Of a stretch of DNA of 64,000 nucleotides, positions 55,136 through 64,000 are shown one piece after another. Under the pieces are notes generated by a model that worked only from the letters and a program-made list of their open reading frames with translations, made no database searches and was not told where the DNA came from. How positions within the stretch are numbered: the stretch's first letter is position 1; each line of letters starts with the position of its first letter. The DNA is from Acinetobacter phage nACB2, in sequence record OQ032512.1, one strand, 5' to 3'. Position numbers and translations under genes: made by a program.

Positions 55136-55693
55136 TCACATGAACATTTTAGCTTTCGCCTTTGGATCAAGTAATACATCACAGTGGGCAATTGCGTAAG
55201 CATCGACCAAGTCATTTTCAGGACTGTCATTTTCTTTCACCCCTAGAACATCAGAGAATCTCCACCCCTTCAACTCAAAGAATTTAGCGCACATATCTTC
55301 TTTTTTAGCTGATCCGTTGCCTGTAAAAGACTTCTTGGCTGTGGAAGGAGGTATGAAGTTCACAGCAATATTATGTTTTAAAATCTCATAGAATAAAATA
55401 CCACCGTGAGCGCCGATATCGAAAATCGCATTACCGTTAGATGCCCCCATCGAGAATCCTTCTACGTTCACAACTTCAACGCCTTCAGCCCGCAATATAC
55501 CTACAGCCCATTTTGCTAAGTGTATAGCGCGTTCAATTTTGGAGTTGTATTTTGGATGACGTTCTACAGAAATGGTTTCCGTTTCTTGTACTAGCTTGAG
55601 AACTTCTTGGACGATATACCATTTCTCGCTACCATCATCTCGCTGAATGTAGATTGCGGGACAGCTCATAGAATAGTCGATACCAGCTTTCAT
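55136..55693 (-). CDS. RuvC-like Holliday junction resolvase
   Basis: N-terminal AGIDYS (RuvC/YqgF GID motif). C-terminal DLVDAYAIAHC (RuvC D..DA.AIA catalytic motif). Confidence 0.55.
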   Translation of the reverse strand: MKAGIDYSMSCPAIYIQRDDGSEKWYIVQEVLKLVQETETISVERHPKYNSKIERAIHLAKWAVGILRAEGVEVVNVEGFSMGASNGNAIFDIGAHGGILFYEILKHNIAVNFIPPSTAKKSFTGNGSAKKEDMCAKFFELKGWRFSDVLGVKENDSPENDLVDAYAIAHCDVLLDPKAKAKMFM

Positions 55694-55696
55694 TTA

Positions 55697-55903
55697 TTAC
55701 TCCAAGGGTTCAGAACAGAATGGACAGAATACAGGCTTTTCGTTAGTTGCGTGTACAACTTTATATAGCTGCTCGCAATTATCGCATTCCTTTTCTTCTA
55801 CCTTCTCTTCAGGAGACTCTGGATCATATACATCAAACATTTTTACACCCTCAATATTACAATTTAAAATAGTTGTACTATAAAGGGGCAATAAAAAAGC
55901 CAC
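55697..55903 (-). CDS. zinc-ribbon protein
   Basis: CDNC ... CPFC in 68 aa. Confidence 0.35.
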   Translation of the reverse strand: MAFLLPLYSTTILNCNIEGVKMFDVYDPESPEEKVEEKECDNCEQLYKVVHATNEKPVFCPFCSEPLE

Positions 55904-55942
55904 CTTTCGGCAGCTTTCTTTTAAGATTATCTAAAGTTATGG

Positions 55943-56659
55943 TCAGGCTTCTTTAGGTGTCTCTTGTTCTGTCTTTTCTTCTGATTTCGGAGCTGTTTCA
56001 GCGCCTTCCACTTCAGAACTTTCTGTCTTGACTTCAGCTGCCGCTTGTTCTGCCGCTTTCGCTGCATTTTGAGCATCTTCAAGACGTTTTAAAGAAGCGC
56101 GTCCAGAAAGGAATGCTGCTCGAGCAGACAAAGCCATAACCTGTTCAAAATCAGAGATAATTACATTGTGACCGTCACCTGTTTGAACTGGAGCGATAAC
56201 ACCTGCAATTGCAATATCAAAGCCTTTAGCAGATAAACGTTTCTGCATATTCAATACCATTTCTAGAATACCAACAGCGTCATCAGCTGGGAAGCCAGAA
56301 ACATATACAGTACGTTTGATTTCAGCCATTTCTTCTTCAGTAATTTTATCACCTTTAGGATCAGAGTGATACATAAACTGCAAGGTCGGGTTGCCGAAAG
56401 ATGTCAAAGTGTACGCGCCTTCTACGTTATCAAGCTGAGTGCGCATTGTTTGACTGTAGTCTGTACCGAACTGAATGAAGATGGCTTTAATAAGTTCTAC
56501 AGGATCATTTGGGTCAACATTGTCTTTTAATTCAACTGTTTCTGAGATTGCGACAGGTTGAGCTTCAGCTGCTTGAGATGTATTGGTTTCATCCACCTTT
56601 ACTTCAATCGCTTCAGCGCGTTCGATGTCTTTTTGGTTGTCTACGTTTAACTGTGTCAT
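55943..56659 (-). CDS. hypothetical protein
   Basis: 238-aa ORF with acidic termini. Confidence 0.4.
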   Translation of the reverse strand: MTQLNVDNQKDIERAEAIEVKVDETNTSQAAEAQPVAISETVELKDNVDPNDPVELIKAIFIQFGTDYSQTMRTQLDNVEGAYTLTSFGNPTLQFMYHSDPKGDKITEEEMAEIKRTVYVSGFPADDAVGILEMVLNMQKRLSAKGFDIAIAGVIAPVQTGDGHNVIISDFEQVMALSARAAFLSGRASLKRLEDAQNAAKAAEQAAAEVKTESSEVEGAETAPKSEEKTEQETPKEA

Positions 56660-56700
56660 GAGAGGTTACTCCAAAATTTAAAAAACTTTCATTTAAGTGA

Positions 56701-56726
56701 ATACAGGGCTATTATAAACCCTGTAT
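56701..56726 (-). promoter_or_regulatory. Hairpin with TTTATAATAG loop (- strand copy of the hairpin-embedded TATAATAG element)
   Basis: Reverse complement reads ATACAGGG-TTTATAATAG-CCCTGTAT, between nrdB and the 55943..56659 gene. Confidence 0.5.
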
Positions 56727-56749
56727 TGCGATTATCTCTAAAATCAATA

Positions 56750-57793
56750 TTATTTGTAATTAGCACCTAAAGACAACATAGTCTTCAGGTCATAATCGCC
56801 CACAATGGCACCAGATACTTGATACGAACTCACCTTAGTTTCAAAGAATGAACTCACTTTGTTTTCTGTCAGAATAGGCTCAATCCATTCACAAGGATTT
56901 TCAGAAATTTCTGGCCATTCTGGTTTCAGACCCATCTGAATCATACGTCGATTTGACATAAAACGCATGTATGCCTTATTTTCTTCAATTGTGAATGTAT
57001 CTAGTTTCAGATGCTTGAACACTAAATCCAAAAACTTATCTTCAACAGTAATGAAACGGCGGTTCATCTCATAAATGTCTCGTTTCAGTTTGTCATCAAC
57101 AATTGGATGTTCATACGACAGCTGACGGAACAATTGAACGTTGTAGTCAGTATGCAAGGTTTCATCGCGCAGAGACCATGCATTGATCTTCGAGAATCCT
57201 TTTAGACGTCCACCGCGCTTACCATTGAAAGCAACGCGGTCACGGCGCATGAATTGTAAAAGACCAACAAACATACCGAAAAGTGCAACGCCTTCATCAA
57301 TAACAGAATGAGCGTGGTTGATTGCTAATTGCTCAACAGTATCGCATTCCAAGTTTACGAACATACCTTCAAGACGGTCTTGCATTTCTTTATATTCTTG
57401 GAACATAGAGAAAATGGTATCATCCATACCAAAGATTTCAGCTGCTAACGCGTAGGCTTCCTGATGGATACCTTCGCGGCACGCAATAGACATTAAGCCG
57501 TTACTGACTTCATTGTTCTTGTAATGTTTCAAGAAACAATCGCGGTAGTTTTTAGCTACAACGACGTCACCAGTTGTGAAGATGGTGAAAATCATACGGA
57601 TATATGATTTTTCATCATTTGTCAAGTTGTTTGCCCAGTCTTCGTGATCGTCTTGCATTTGGGCTTCGCCAGGAATCCAGTGGATCTTTTCATGATCTTG
57701 GTACATTTCCTGAGCCCACGGGTATACAAATGGACGGTATACCAGAGAATCTTGGAACAATGGGCTTGTTGAATCAGCAATTAAAATAGACAT
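56750..57793 (-). CDS. nrdB: ribonucleotide reductase class Ia small subunit
   Basis: Ferritin-like di-iron ligand pattern (E..H ... EGIHQEAY ...). 347 aa. Follows nrdA with a 6-nt gap. Confidence 0.85.
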   Translation of the reverse strand: MSILIADSTSPLFQDSLVYRPFVYPWAQEMYQDHEKIHWIPGEAQMQDDHEDWANNLTNDEKSYIRMIFTIFTTGDVVVAKNYRDCFLKHYKNNEVSNGLMSIACREGIHQEAYALAAEIFGMDDTIFSMFQEYKEMQDRLEGMFVNLECDTVEQLAINHAHSVIDEGVALFGMFVGLLQFMRRDRVAFNGKRGGRLKGFSKINAWSLRDETLHTDYNVQLFRQLSYEHPIVDDKLKRDIYEMNRRFITVEDKFLDLVFKHLKLDTFTIEENKAYMRFMSNRRMIQMGLKPEWPEISENPCEWIEPILTENKVSSFFETKVSSYQVSGAIVGDYDLKTMLSLGANYK

Positions 57794-57799
57794 GTAATA

Positions 57800-60442
57800 T
57801 TATCCTTGGCAGTTTTCGCAGTCTTCATCTTTCTCTTCAGAGAAAAGATTATCAGCTTGAGCGAGATGTTCTTTGTAAAGGGCTTGTACTTCTTTATGAC
57901 CGCCAATCCAAGCACCATCTAAGAACACTTGAGGTACAGAACGGCAAGAAGGGTCGCCTGTTACTTCAGCGGCAGTTTTTTCAATCTGTTGTAGATCAAC
58001 AAATTTGAATTCTACGCCCATATCACTTAACCAACGCTTAACTGTAGTACAATTAGGGCAGACTTTTGTACCGTAAACAATATTCTCACCAGACTTCTGT
58101 TCTTTCTTAACAGAATCTTTCAGAGCTTTACGCTCTAGAGCTTGAGACAATGTTTCAATCTCAACTTCAGGCTTCGTACGGTAGTAATACAGAGATTTTA
58201 AACCCCATTTCCAAGCGTAGAAGTGACATGCGACTACATAGTTGATATCACTTCCTGGTTTGAAGAACAAGTTTAAACTTTGAGCCTGACAGATTTCAGG
58301 TTGACGGTCGGCGGCAAGACGAACAATGCTCAATTGAGGAATCTCAAAAGCTGTAGCAAATACGCGCTTTTTATGATCGCTCATGAATTCTAGATGAGAT
58401 ACTGAACCTTCATTATGAGCAATGCTTGTCCATACTTCTTCAGTATCTTGACCTAGTTCTTGAAGATACTTCTTCAAATAAGGGTTGCGGCGTTCAAAGA
58501 TACCAACACGCGTTTCTTTAGTGTAGATGTTAGCGTATTCAGGTTCACAGCTGGCTGATGTAGTTAGCATATCAGCATTGTTAGAGTTAGGCGCGATAGC
58601 AAGTAAATGCATGTTACGACGACCAACGTGCGGATGATCTTTAGAACTAGCCGCATCTGGACATTCACCGCGCTCTTCACCTAATTTAAGTGTTTCGGCT
58701 ACAGCTTCTGTTTTGATGCGTTTGAATAATGCTTTGTTGAAAACACGCGCTTCTTCAGAATCAAATGGCATATCTTGCTTCTGGAAAGCGTAATGAAGAC
58801 CCATAACGCCTAGACCAATAGAACGTTCTTGAGTTGCTGAATTGATCACTTTGTACAAAGCCATTTTAATCAATTCACGGTGACGTGGATTATCATAGCG
58901 GTTCGCAATCCAGTCTGCAGTGCGAATGAAATGTTCAATGGCATTGTCCAATGCACGCACTAAGTCGCCTACTAAGGTAGGTGCCCATTGATCATGATAT
59001 TCAGCATTTAATGAAGACAAGCAGCACACTGGAGTACGGTCATCATTCGCTGGAAGAGTAATTTCAGTACAGTTAGAAACAAGCGCAACTCGATGATCGA
59101 AATCATTTTTACCGCCCACGCTTACATAGAAGTTATGGTTGTCTTCTACAGTTAAACAGTAAACATCTTGTGTTCCAACATTTTGCTCAACGGAAGCAAC
59201 TGTAAGATCAGAATTGTCAAAATTTACAGAGCCGTGACGGAACAGACGAGAATCAATTTGCTTACCAACAGAATCTTTTGCTTTTACGCGTTTTCCGATG
59301 GTTGTGAATAGTTCATGATCTTTCGTACAAGTGATAGTTTCACCTGAACGGAAAGTCAGGGTAACCATTTCTTTACGTCCAGTCAATTTAGCAGTAGCCG
59401 TTTTGACCTCAGGGTAGACTTTACCGTTTGAAACTCGTCCTGTCCATACTTTGAATGGAATAGAACCAGACGATTCACGCGCCAACTGTTTAATAGAGAT
59501 AGGCTTACGACCGTCTGCTACAATTACTTTTGTATCACCTGCAAGACACAAGTTTGAAGCGTATGAATACAATCCGAGACGTTTCTGAGCTTCAGGCAGT
59601 GCGCGGTTTGCATTACCACGGAAATACATGAACGGTTCGCCTGTGCGACCGCGTTCGACAATCATAGAACGGAAGTAATCTGTAGGATTTACAGTGTCCA
59701 CAACGCGTTTTGAATGCGGATCAATCAGGTGATATTCTTCAGCGCCGTCTTCAATGCGTTCCATGAGATCATCTTCAATAGAGAATCCAATATGGATGTT
59801 TTCAGCTTTGCGGTTCGCGTCACCTGTAGGAGTACGAATCTTCAAAAATTCTTTAGCGGAAGCGTGATTAGCAGATAACCAACAAGCTTCAGCGCCACGG
59901 CGTACTTTGCCTTGTTTCCACGCTAGAATTGCTGCGTCATCTTCAATAATGAACGGAATTGGGCCAGGAGATTTTTCAGATGTATAGCGGATATCAAAGT
60001 ATTTGCCGATACCGCCGCCAATTACAGACAGTAAAGACGATTCTAATTTACCCATCAATAAAGAAGGGATATTATCAGACACCATAGGAAGGAAACAAGA
60101 AATATTCTGAGAACCATTATGGTTGAAATCTTCTTCATGTTCCCAAATAGGTAATGATTGGTTAATCATACCAGCTTTCCACACTTCAGGCTTCAGTTCC
60201 GGAGCATTAGACAGCATAGGCGAAGACCACATGAAATGCAGCATAGAGTTGGCATCATAAAGGCGCTGAGCGTGATGAACGTCATCAGACCAAGCTACGC
60301 ATGCACGAGCTAGTGTTTCTTGGATTGTTTCCCCACTACGTGTATAAAAGTTTTTGATAAGGTCTTTCGCAGGTTCTGTAAGCAAATTATCTCGAGAATC
60401 ATCAATATTGATTCCCATGTAAACACGTGTCATATATTCCAC
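57800..60442 (-). CDS. nrdA: ribonucleotide reductase class I large subunit with an intein and a fused C-terminal glutaredoxin domain
   Basis: Active-site loop SCFLPMVSD and catalytic SNL|C..|TEITLP interrupted by a Hint domain. The C-terminus carries CPNC...VPQVF.DG.IGG (Grx fold) and then the terminal CENC redox pair. No ATP cone. Confidence 0.85.
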   Translation of the reverse strand: MEYMTRVYMGINIDDSRDNLLTEPAKDLIKNFYTRSGETIQETLARACVAWSDDVHHAQRLYDANSMLHFMWSSPMLSNAPELKPEVWKAGMINQSLPIWEHEEDFNHNGSQNISCFLPMVSDNIPSLLMGKLESSLLSVIGGGIGKYFDIRYTSEKSPGPIPFIIEDDAAILAWKQGKVRRGAEACWLSANHASAKEFLKIRTPTGDANRKAENIHIGFSIEDDLMERIEDGAEEYHLIDPHSKRVVDTVNPTDYFRSMIVERGRTGEPFMYFRGNANRALPEAQKRLGLYSYASNLCLAGDTKVIVADGRKPISIKQLARESSGSIPFKVWTGRVSNGKVYPEVKTATAKLTGRKEMVTLTFRSGETITCTKDHELFTTIGKRVKAKDSVGKQIDSRLFRHGSVNFDNSDLTVASVEQNVGTQDVYCLTVEDNHNFYVSVGGKNDFDHRVALVSNCTEITLPANDDRTPVCCLSSLNAEYHDQWAPTLVGDLVRALDNAIEHFIRTADWIANRYDNPRHRELIKMALYKVINSATQERSIGLGVMGLHYAFQKQDMPFDSEEARVFNKALFKRIKTEAVAETLKLGEERGECPDAASSKDHPHVGRRNMHLLAIAPNSNNADMLTTSASCEPEYANIYTKETRVGIFERRNPYLKKYLQELGQDTEEVWTSIAHNEGSVSHLEFMSDHKKRVFATAFEIPQLSIVRLAADRQPEICQAQSLNLFFKPGSDINYVVACHFYAWKWGLKSLYYYRTKPEVEIETLSQALERKALKDSVKKEQKSGENIVYGTKVCPNCTTVKRWLSDMGVEFKFVDLQQIEKTAAEVTGDPSCRSVPQVFLDGAWIGGHKEVQALYKEHLAQADNLFSEEKDEDCENCQG
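59072..59548 (-). mobile_element. mini-intein (Hint domain, about 159 aa) inserted at the NrdA catalytic Cys
   Basis: Block A CLAGDTKV directly after ASNL. Block F VYCLTVEDNHNFYV. Ends ALVSN followed by CTEITLP; removing it restores SNLCTEITLP. No homing-endonuclease domain. The penultimate residue is Ser rather than His. Confidence 0.6.
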
Positions 60443-60550
60443 CGTAAATTTATAAAACTGTCTAATAGCGTTCTATCCAGACACCCAAAGCCTATCATAA
60501 CCCTATTTATTAGAAAGCTGACTTTATCAAATATTTTTGGAGAATTTTAA

Positions 60551-61324
60551 ATGCTTCCTTCTATCCCGTACCAAGTCCATAACGTTAAACTTGAAGAGTT
60601 TGAATTCGACTTCAGACCATTCAACGTGGGTATGGAAAATAACCTGCTACTGATCAAGGACTCCAAAAAACCTTCTGAAATTTTCTCAGCCATTCTAAAC
60701 CTTGAGGATGAATGTCTAATTGGTAAATGGAAGGGGCGAGCTAAATCATTACCGTCATATATAGCAGAATTACTTTTCATAGAATTAAGAAAAGTGAGCA
60801 ACGGCACCGAGATTCCTATCACATTGCGCTGCAATAAGGAATTGGAAATTAAGAATGAAAATGACGAATTGATTCTAAAATCAGACGGTAGTCCTAAGAC
60901 AAAACCTTGTGGTAACGAGATGAACGTTATTCTTGATCTAGATAAAGTTGAACTCATTAAAACGGAAGGGTATAAAGACACCTTTGTGATTGAAGCTAAT
61001 CCTCCGATTTTCGTAAAATTACGCCAGATGCAAGCTGGAGAATACAGCCGAGATTTTGCCAATATTGACACAGCCACAGGTATGTACAAGCACCTAGATT
61101 CTATCACTCAAGGTGACCAGATTTTTGGTCTAGATGATTTCACTGAGGAAGAGTTCAAAAAATGGTGTAAAGATGTTCCGATGTCTACAAAGGCTGAAAT
61201 GTCTAAATTCTTCTTTGGGGCGCAACCTTACATCAGCCTGAAAACTAAGTTCAAATGCGAAAATCCAGAATGTAATCACGAACAAGATGTGGAGTTTACG
61301 TCTATTCTAGATTTTTTTATTTGA
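60551..61324 (+). CDS. hypothetical protein with a C-terminal Cys cluster
   Basis: 257-aa ORF. The antisense 186-aa ORF 60547..61107 is regarded as spurious. Confidence 0.4.
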   Translation: MLPSIPYQVHNVKLEEFEFDFRPFNVGMENNLLLIKDSKKPSEIFSAILNLEDECLIGKWKGRAKSLPSYIAELLFIELRKVSNGTEIPITLRCNKELEIKNENDELILKSDGSPKTKPCGNEMNVILDLDKVELIKTEGYKDTFVIEANPPIFVKLRQMQAGEYSRDFANIDTATGMYKHLDSITQGDQIFGLDDFTEEEFKKWCKDVPMSTKAEMSKFFFGAQPYISLKTKFKCENPECNHEQDVEFTSILDFFI

Positions 61325-61502
61325 TTGTCGGAGAGGATGGAAAAGACCTCATCCGACGGTTCGAAGATACACAGATGCTTCAGCAACATTTCAATCAGTC
61401 GATAGAAACGTCATACGCTCTAGCACCTTGGGAATTTGAACTAAGACTATCAATGATAATACAAAAGGAACAAGAAAAGGACTCGTGAGAGTCCTTTCTA
61501 TT

Positions 61503-61835
61503 TCAAGCTCCGTAAATCATATGATGAGCAGAATCGTATATTGTTTTATACTGCGGTTGAATATAACTACAGTATTTCTGAATAAGCTGTTCAACTTGAT
61601 CTTCAGTTCTAGGTGAATTTGAATTTATAAAATCAACGAGCGGACGTATCATACGAGTGAGTTGAAGAGCCATACTAGAGCGTTCATTTATGCGATAATC
61701 TAGATGAACACTCAAATTACCATCATACGCTTTTCTTATGGCAAAAATCGTACCGCGTACCAATTTTTTATCTGAAGAATTGTTGATGCTCTCAATAGGA
61801 TTCATCATATCTGTGTTAGGCGCGTAGACCTTCAT
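61503..61835 (-). CDS. hypothetical protein
   Basis: 110-aa ORF. Confidence 0.35.
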   Translation of the reverse strand: MKVYAPNTDMMNPIESINNSSDKKLVRGTIFAIRKAYDGNLSVHLDYRINERSSMALQLTRMIRPLVDFINSNSPRTEDQVEQLIQKYCSYIQPQYKTIYDSAHHMIYGA

Positions 61836-61904
61836 ATCTGCATCTCAGGTATTATAGTTCAGACCGAATTATAAACTAGAATAATTCAGTCTGGTAAAAT
61901 CAAA

Positions 61905-62438
61905 TCACTTTGATTCTTGCTCTGCCTTGAACCTGTTGTATTCATCTATTGTTGCTTTACATTGCTCATATTGCTTGAAGGCTTCTGCTGTAGCTCTGTC
62001 AGCCTGTTCTGATGATTCGACAGCATGTTGTTTAATTTCACTGTAGAGGTCAATGTAGGTTGTGGCAACTTTGGTTGCGTAGGCTGTGTCAGCACTGGAT
62101 ACAACGTTGGTTCTAATTTCTTGGGATTGGGTTGACAACCCACTAACGAGCTTGCGAGTGCTATTAATATTGTTGTTAATAGCATTGAGAGTTTCAGCAT
62201 AATCATTCTCCAGAGTAGTATGCTTTTCTATTAAGCGTTCAGTCAAATTATTAACTTCAGTCTGACGCTCTATAATTTTGTCTTTGTCTTCACCTTCTTG
62301 CTCAAGAACCGCGATTTTATAGTTCTTGAAGTCATTATTTGTATTGACCCAACAAACGGCAAAAACAATTGCTAAGACAGAAGCAATTACAAAATGCAAT
62401 TGTTTCAATAATAATTCTTTGAATAATACCCAAGTCAT
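61905..62438 (-). CDS. membrane-anchored coiled-coil protein (i-spanin-like); start at the second ATG, which has a GGAGG RBS
   Basis: N-terminal transmembrane helix then a long coiled coil. Adjacent to the endolysin. The first ATG at 62450 abuts the terminator hairpin and has no RBS. Confidence 0.4.
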   Translation of the reverse strand: MTWVLFKELLLKQLHFVIASVLAIVFAVCWVNTNNDFKNYKIAVLEQEGEDKDKIIERQTEVNNLTERLIEKHTTLENDYAETLNAINNNINSTRKLVSGLSTQSQEIRTNVVSSADTAYATKVATTYIDLYSEIKQHAVESSEQADRATAEAFKQYEQCKATIDEYNRFKAEQESK

Positions 62439-62453
62439 TTCGACCTCCATAAT

Positions 62454-62473
62454 AAAGGGGCTTGCGCCCCTTT
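62454..62473. terminator. Terminator AAAGGGGCTTGCGCCCCTTT (copy 3)
   Basis: Identical hairpin to those at 90 and 29673. Lies between the endolysin stop and the spanin-like start. Confidence 0.65.
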
Positions 62474-62475
62474 AT

Positions 62476-63081
62476 TTATTTTGGATACTTGTTCCAAGGA
62501 AGTTGCCAGTGTGGCCCATCTTTAAAGGACTTCCAATCTCCGCCCCATTCAATACTCACTTTCAATTCTTTAGCAGCCTGTTTAACTGCTTCTTCAATCT
62601 GATAGTAGTATTTCCAATCCCATGAAACAGTACCGTTAACATAGGCGTGTAGATCAACAGCGTGACCAGTCAAATGACGGCTATTCATAGTCTGAGTTGC
62701 ACCCTGTTTCATTAACTCTTTTTGGCGCGCTAGAGTTCTGAGTCCTTCACCTACCTTAAATTGTACTGGAGTAAGCTGAATAGCTCGTTCCACTACTTTA
62801 ACCAAATCAGGATGAATACCTTTCAAACGCTCCACGCAGCGTTCCGTTAATTGGTACATATCGCTAGGTTGCAAACCCAATTGGATACCTAAATGACCTG
62901 CGGTAGTAACACCCACAATGCCGTCAGATATCAAGCCGTTGTCTTTCTGATAAGCCTTAACAGCATTCTCAGTTCCTGAACCAAAGACGCCATCAATCAA
63001 ACCGTTGTAATATCCCAATTGTTTGAGAGCAGTTTGAATCTCTTCGATGATTAAGGCTTTTGAGCCTTTGCTATATTGCAT
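62476..63081 (-). CDS. endolysin: N-terminal peptidoglycan-binding domain plus M15 (L-Ala-D-Glu / VanY-type) peptidase
   Basis: PG_binding_1 pattern (LKQLGYYNGLIDGVFGSGTENAVKAYQKDNGLISDGIVG). Zinc ligands SRHLTGHAVDLH. Confidence 0.7.
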   Translation of the reverse strand: MQYSKGSKALIIEEIQTALKQLGYYNGLIDGVFGSGTENAVKAYQKDNGLISDGIVGVTTAGHLGIQLGLQPSDMYQLTERCVERLKGIHPDLVKVVERAIQLTPVQFKVGEGLRTLARQKELMKQGATQTMNSRHLTGHAVDLHAYVNGTVSWDWKYYYQIEEAVKQAAKELKVSIEWGGDWKSFKDGPHWQLPWNKYPK

Positions 63082-63177
63082 TATTAGTCTCCATTATAAT
63101 CTGAAACTTTATTTTGTATGTTCTATGTAGCTTTTCTTTTGCTATACATACTTTGATGCGAATATTAGGTGTAATTA

Positions 63178-63212
63178 AAACCTACGCATATTGCTATGCG
63201 TAGGTTTTAATA
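63178..63212 (-). terminator. rho-independent terminator
   Basis: AACCTACGCATA ... TATGCGTAGGTT hairpin with a T-run on the - strand, downstream of the stop at 63227. Confidence 0.6.
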
Positions 63213-63226
63213 AACTGAGCGGATAC

Positions 63227-64000
63227 TTAAATCACCTCTACTCTATTTATATACAGAGTAGCTGTTTGACCAGCAATAGTTTCTGCCGAACCTGAAATTT
63301 CAGTGAACATAATCTGAAGTGTATTTGCGCTTGTTACACTTGCCGTGAAATAACCACGGGTTTTTAAAGTTGAGCTTGGTACTACCTCAACTAAATCACC
63401 AACGGTTAAACCCGAAATATCCGTAATTGGAGTGAATAAGAAATTTCCATTTGCTACAGGTGGGAATGATGAAAAAGTCCTAGTTGTTCGAGCTATTTTG
63501 TTGTTGATAAAATATTCAAACACTGGATCTGTTGCCGTCCAACCTGTTAATACCCAATAACCCAGACCATCGTCTGTAGCGAACTTAGTACCAACAGCAA
63601 ACACATCTTTATTGGCAAGTTTGATAACTGGCCTCAATGCGGATGTAATATTAACAACCCTTCTGTTTCCTCCTGCCACTATATTATTCTCACCAATTCT
63701 GAATCCGAATTCTAATGTTCGGTTAGTGGTTTCGTTATATATGCCATTTACTTCAGTGACAATGTCGTTGTCGTAAATGTCCAACAATGCCGAGCCACTA
63801 GATGTAATAGCCCCCAATATTTTAGTGTCGAAAGCTCTTAAAGCTGCATCGTTGATATCATTACCATTAATTCTGACGTCATTAGGTGTGCGGACGGTGA
63901 TAGACCCTGTCTTATTGAAAGAAATGTTACCCTTCTTACAATACGACTGTGACATATACAAAAACAAGCGATCAGCCGTATTTCCTTCTATCTTGAAATT
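63227..64000 (-). CDS. partial structural (fibre-like?) protein; the N-terminus lies beyond the window end
   Basis: The ORF stays open to position 64000. beta-rich Thr/Asn/Gly composition. Confidence 0.4.
   Translation of the reverse strand, partial: NFKIEGNTADRLFLYMSQSYCKKGNISFNKTGSITVRTPNDVRINGNDINDAALRAFDTKILGAITSSGSALLDIYDNDIVTEVNGIYNETTNRTLEFGFRIGENNIVAGGNRRVVNITSALRPVIKLANKDVFAVGTKFATDDGLGYWVLTGWTATDPVFEYFINNKIARTTRTFSSFPPVANGNFLFTPITDISGLTVGDLVEVVPSSTLKTRGYFTASVTSANTLQIMFTEISGSAETIAGQTATLYINRVEVI

Noticed and set aside
55880-55925. Terminator hairpin downstream of 55943..56659
   Set aside because: The imperfect stem (GCCACC/GGCAGC) has mismatches and only a weak T-run. It is not confidently a terminator.
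59072-59548. Ending the intein at the internal HN (VEDNHN, residues 436-437)
   Set aside because: The following residue is Phe, not Cys/Ser/Thr. Splicing there would not recreate the SNLCTEI catalytic motif. The ALVSN|C junction does recreate it.
60547-61107. 186-aa - strand ORF overlapping the 60551..61324 + strand gene
   Set aside because: It overlaps fully in antisense, has Ser/Leu/Ile-rich composition and no RBS. The + strand ORF has the better start context.
1-64000. CRISPR array or prophage integration features (att sites, integrase)
   Set aside because: There are no regularly spaced direct repeats and no integrase or recombinase. The gene content is that of a virulent T4-type phage. 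The only repeats found are terminator and promoter hairpins.

Overview
The window reads as part of a T4-superfamily (Straboviridae-like) lytic myophage genome, at roughly 38-40% GC by eye. Positions 1-20100 are an early/replication block, almost all on the + strand. It holds a gp47 (Mre11) and gp46 (Rad50) recombination nuclease pair, a gp61-like primase, a large MORC-like GHKL ATPase, an HTH protein, an SPFH protein and many small ORFs. It also holds three tRNAs (Arg-TCT, Asn-GTT, Met-CAT) and three near-identical sigma70/T4-early-type promoters with a conserved 5' leader. Positions 20100-51600 are a morphogenesis block on the - strand. It runs from large and small terminase through three neck-like genes, a giant 1603-aa structural protein and two paralogous poly-Gly tail fibres to a gp25-like protein. 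The central spike is split into an OB-fold/CHAP protein and a GH19/spike protein. A tape-measure-like protein and a gp19-like tail tube follow. Nucleotide-metabolism and repair genes are interleaved: dCMP deaminase, a P-loop NTPase, a DinG/XPD-like Fe-S helicase, a DEDDh exonuclease and a PD-(D/E)XK nuclease. Positions 51600-64000 carry gp32 SSB, a RuvC-like resolvase and nrdB. nrdA there contains a Hint/intein insertion exactly at the catalytic Cys and a fused C-terminal glutaredoxin domain. An M15 endolysin with a peptidoglycan-binding domain and a spanin-like gene follow. The regulatory DNA is notable. Hairpins carry a TATAATAG -10-like box in their loop at five sites. Two terminator families recur as near-identical copies, including a 33-bp direct repeat that flanks the 29-kb structural block. 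Homology calls are made by eye from motifs; no searches could be run.
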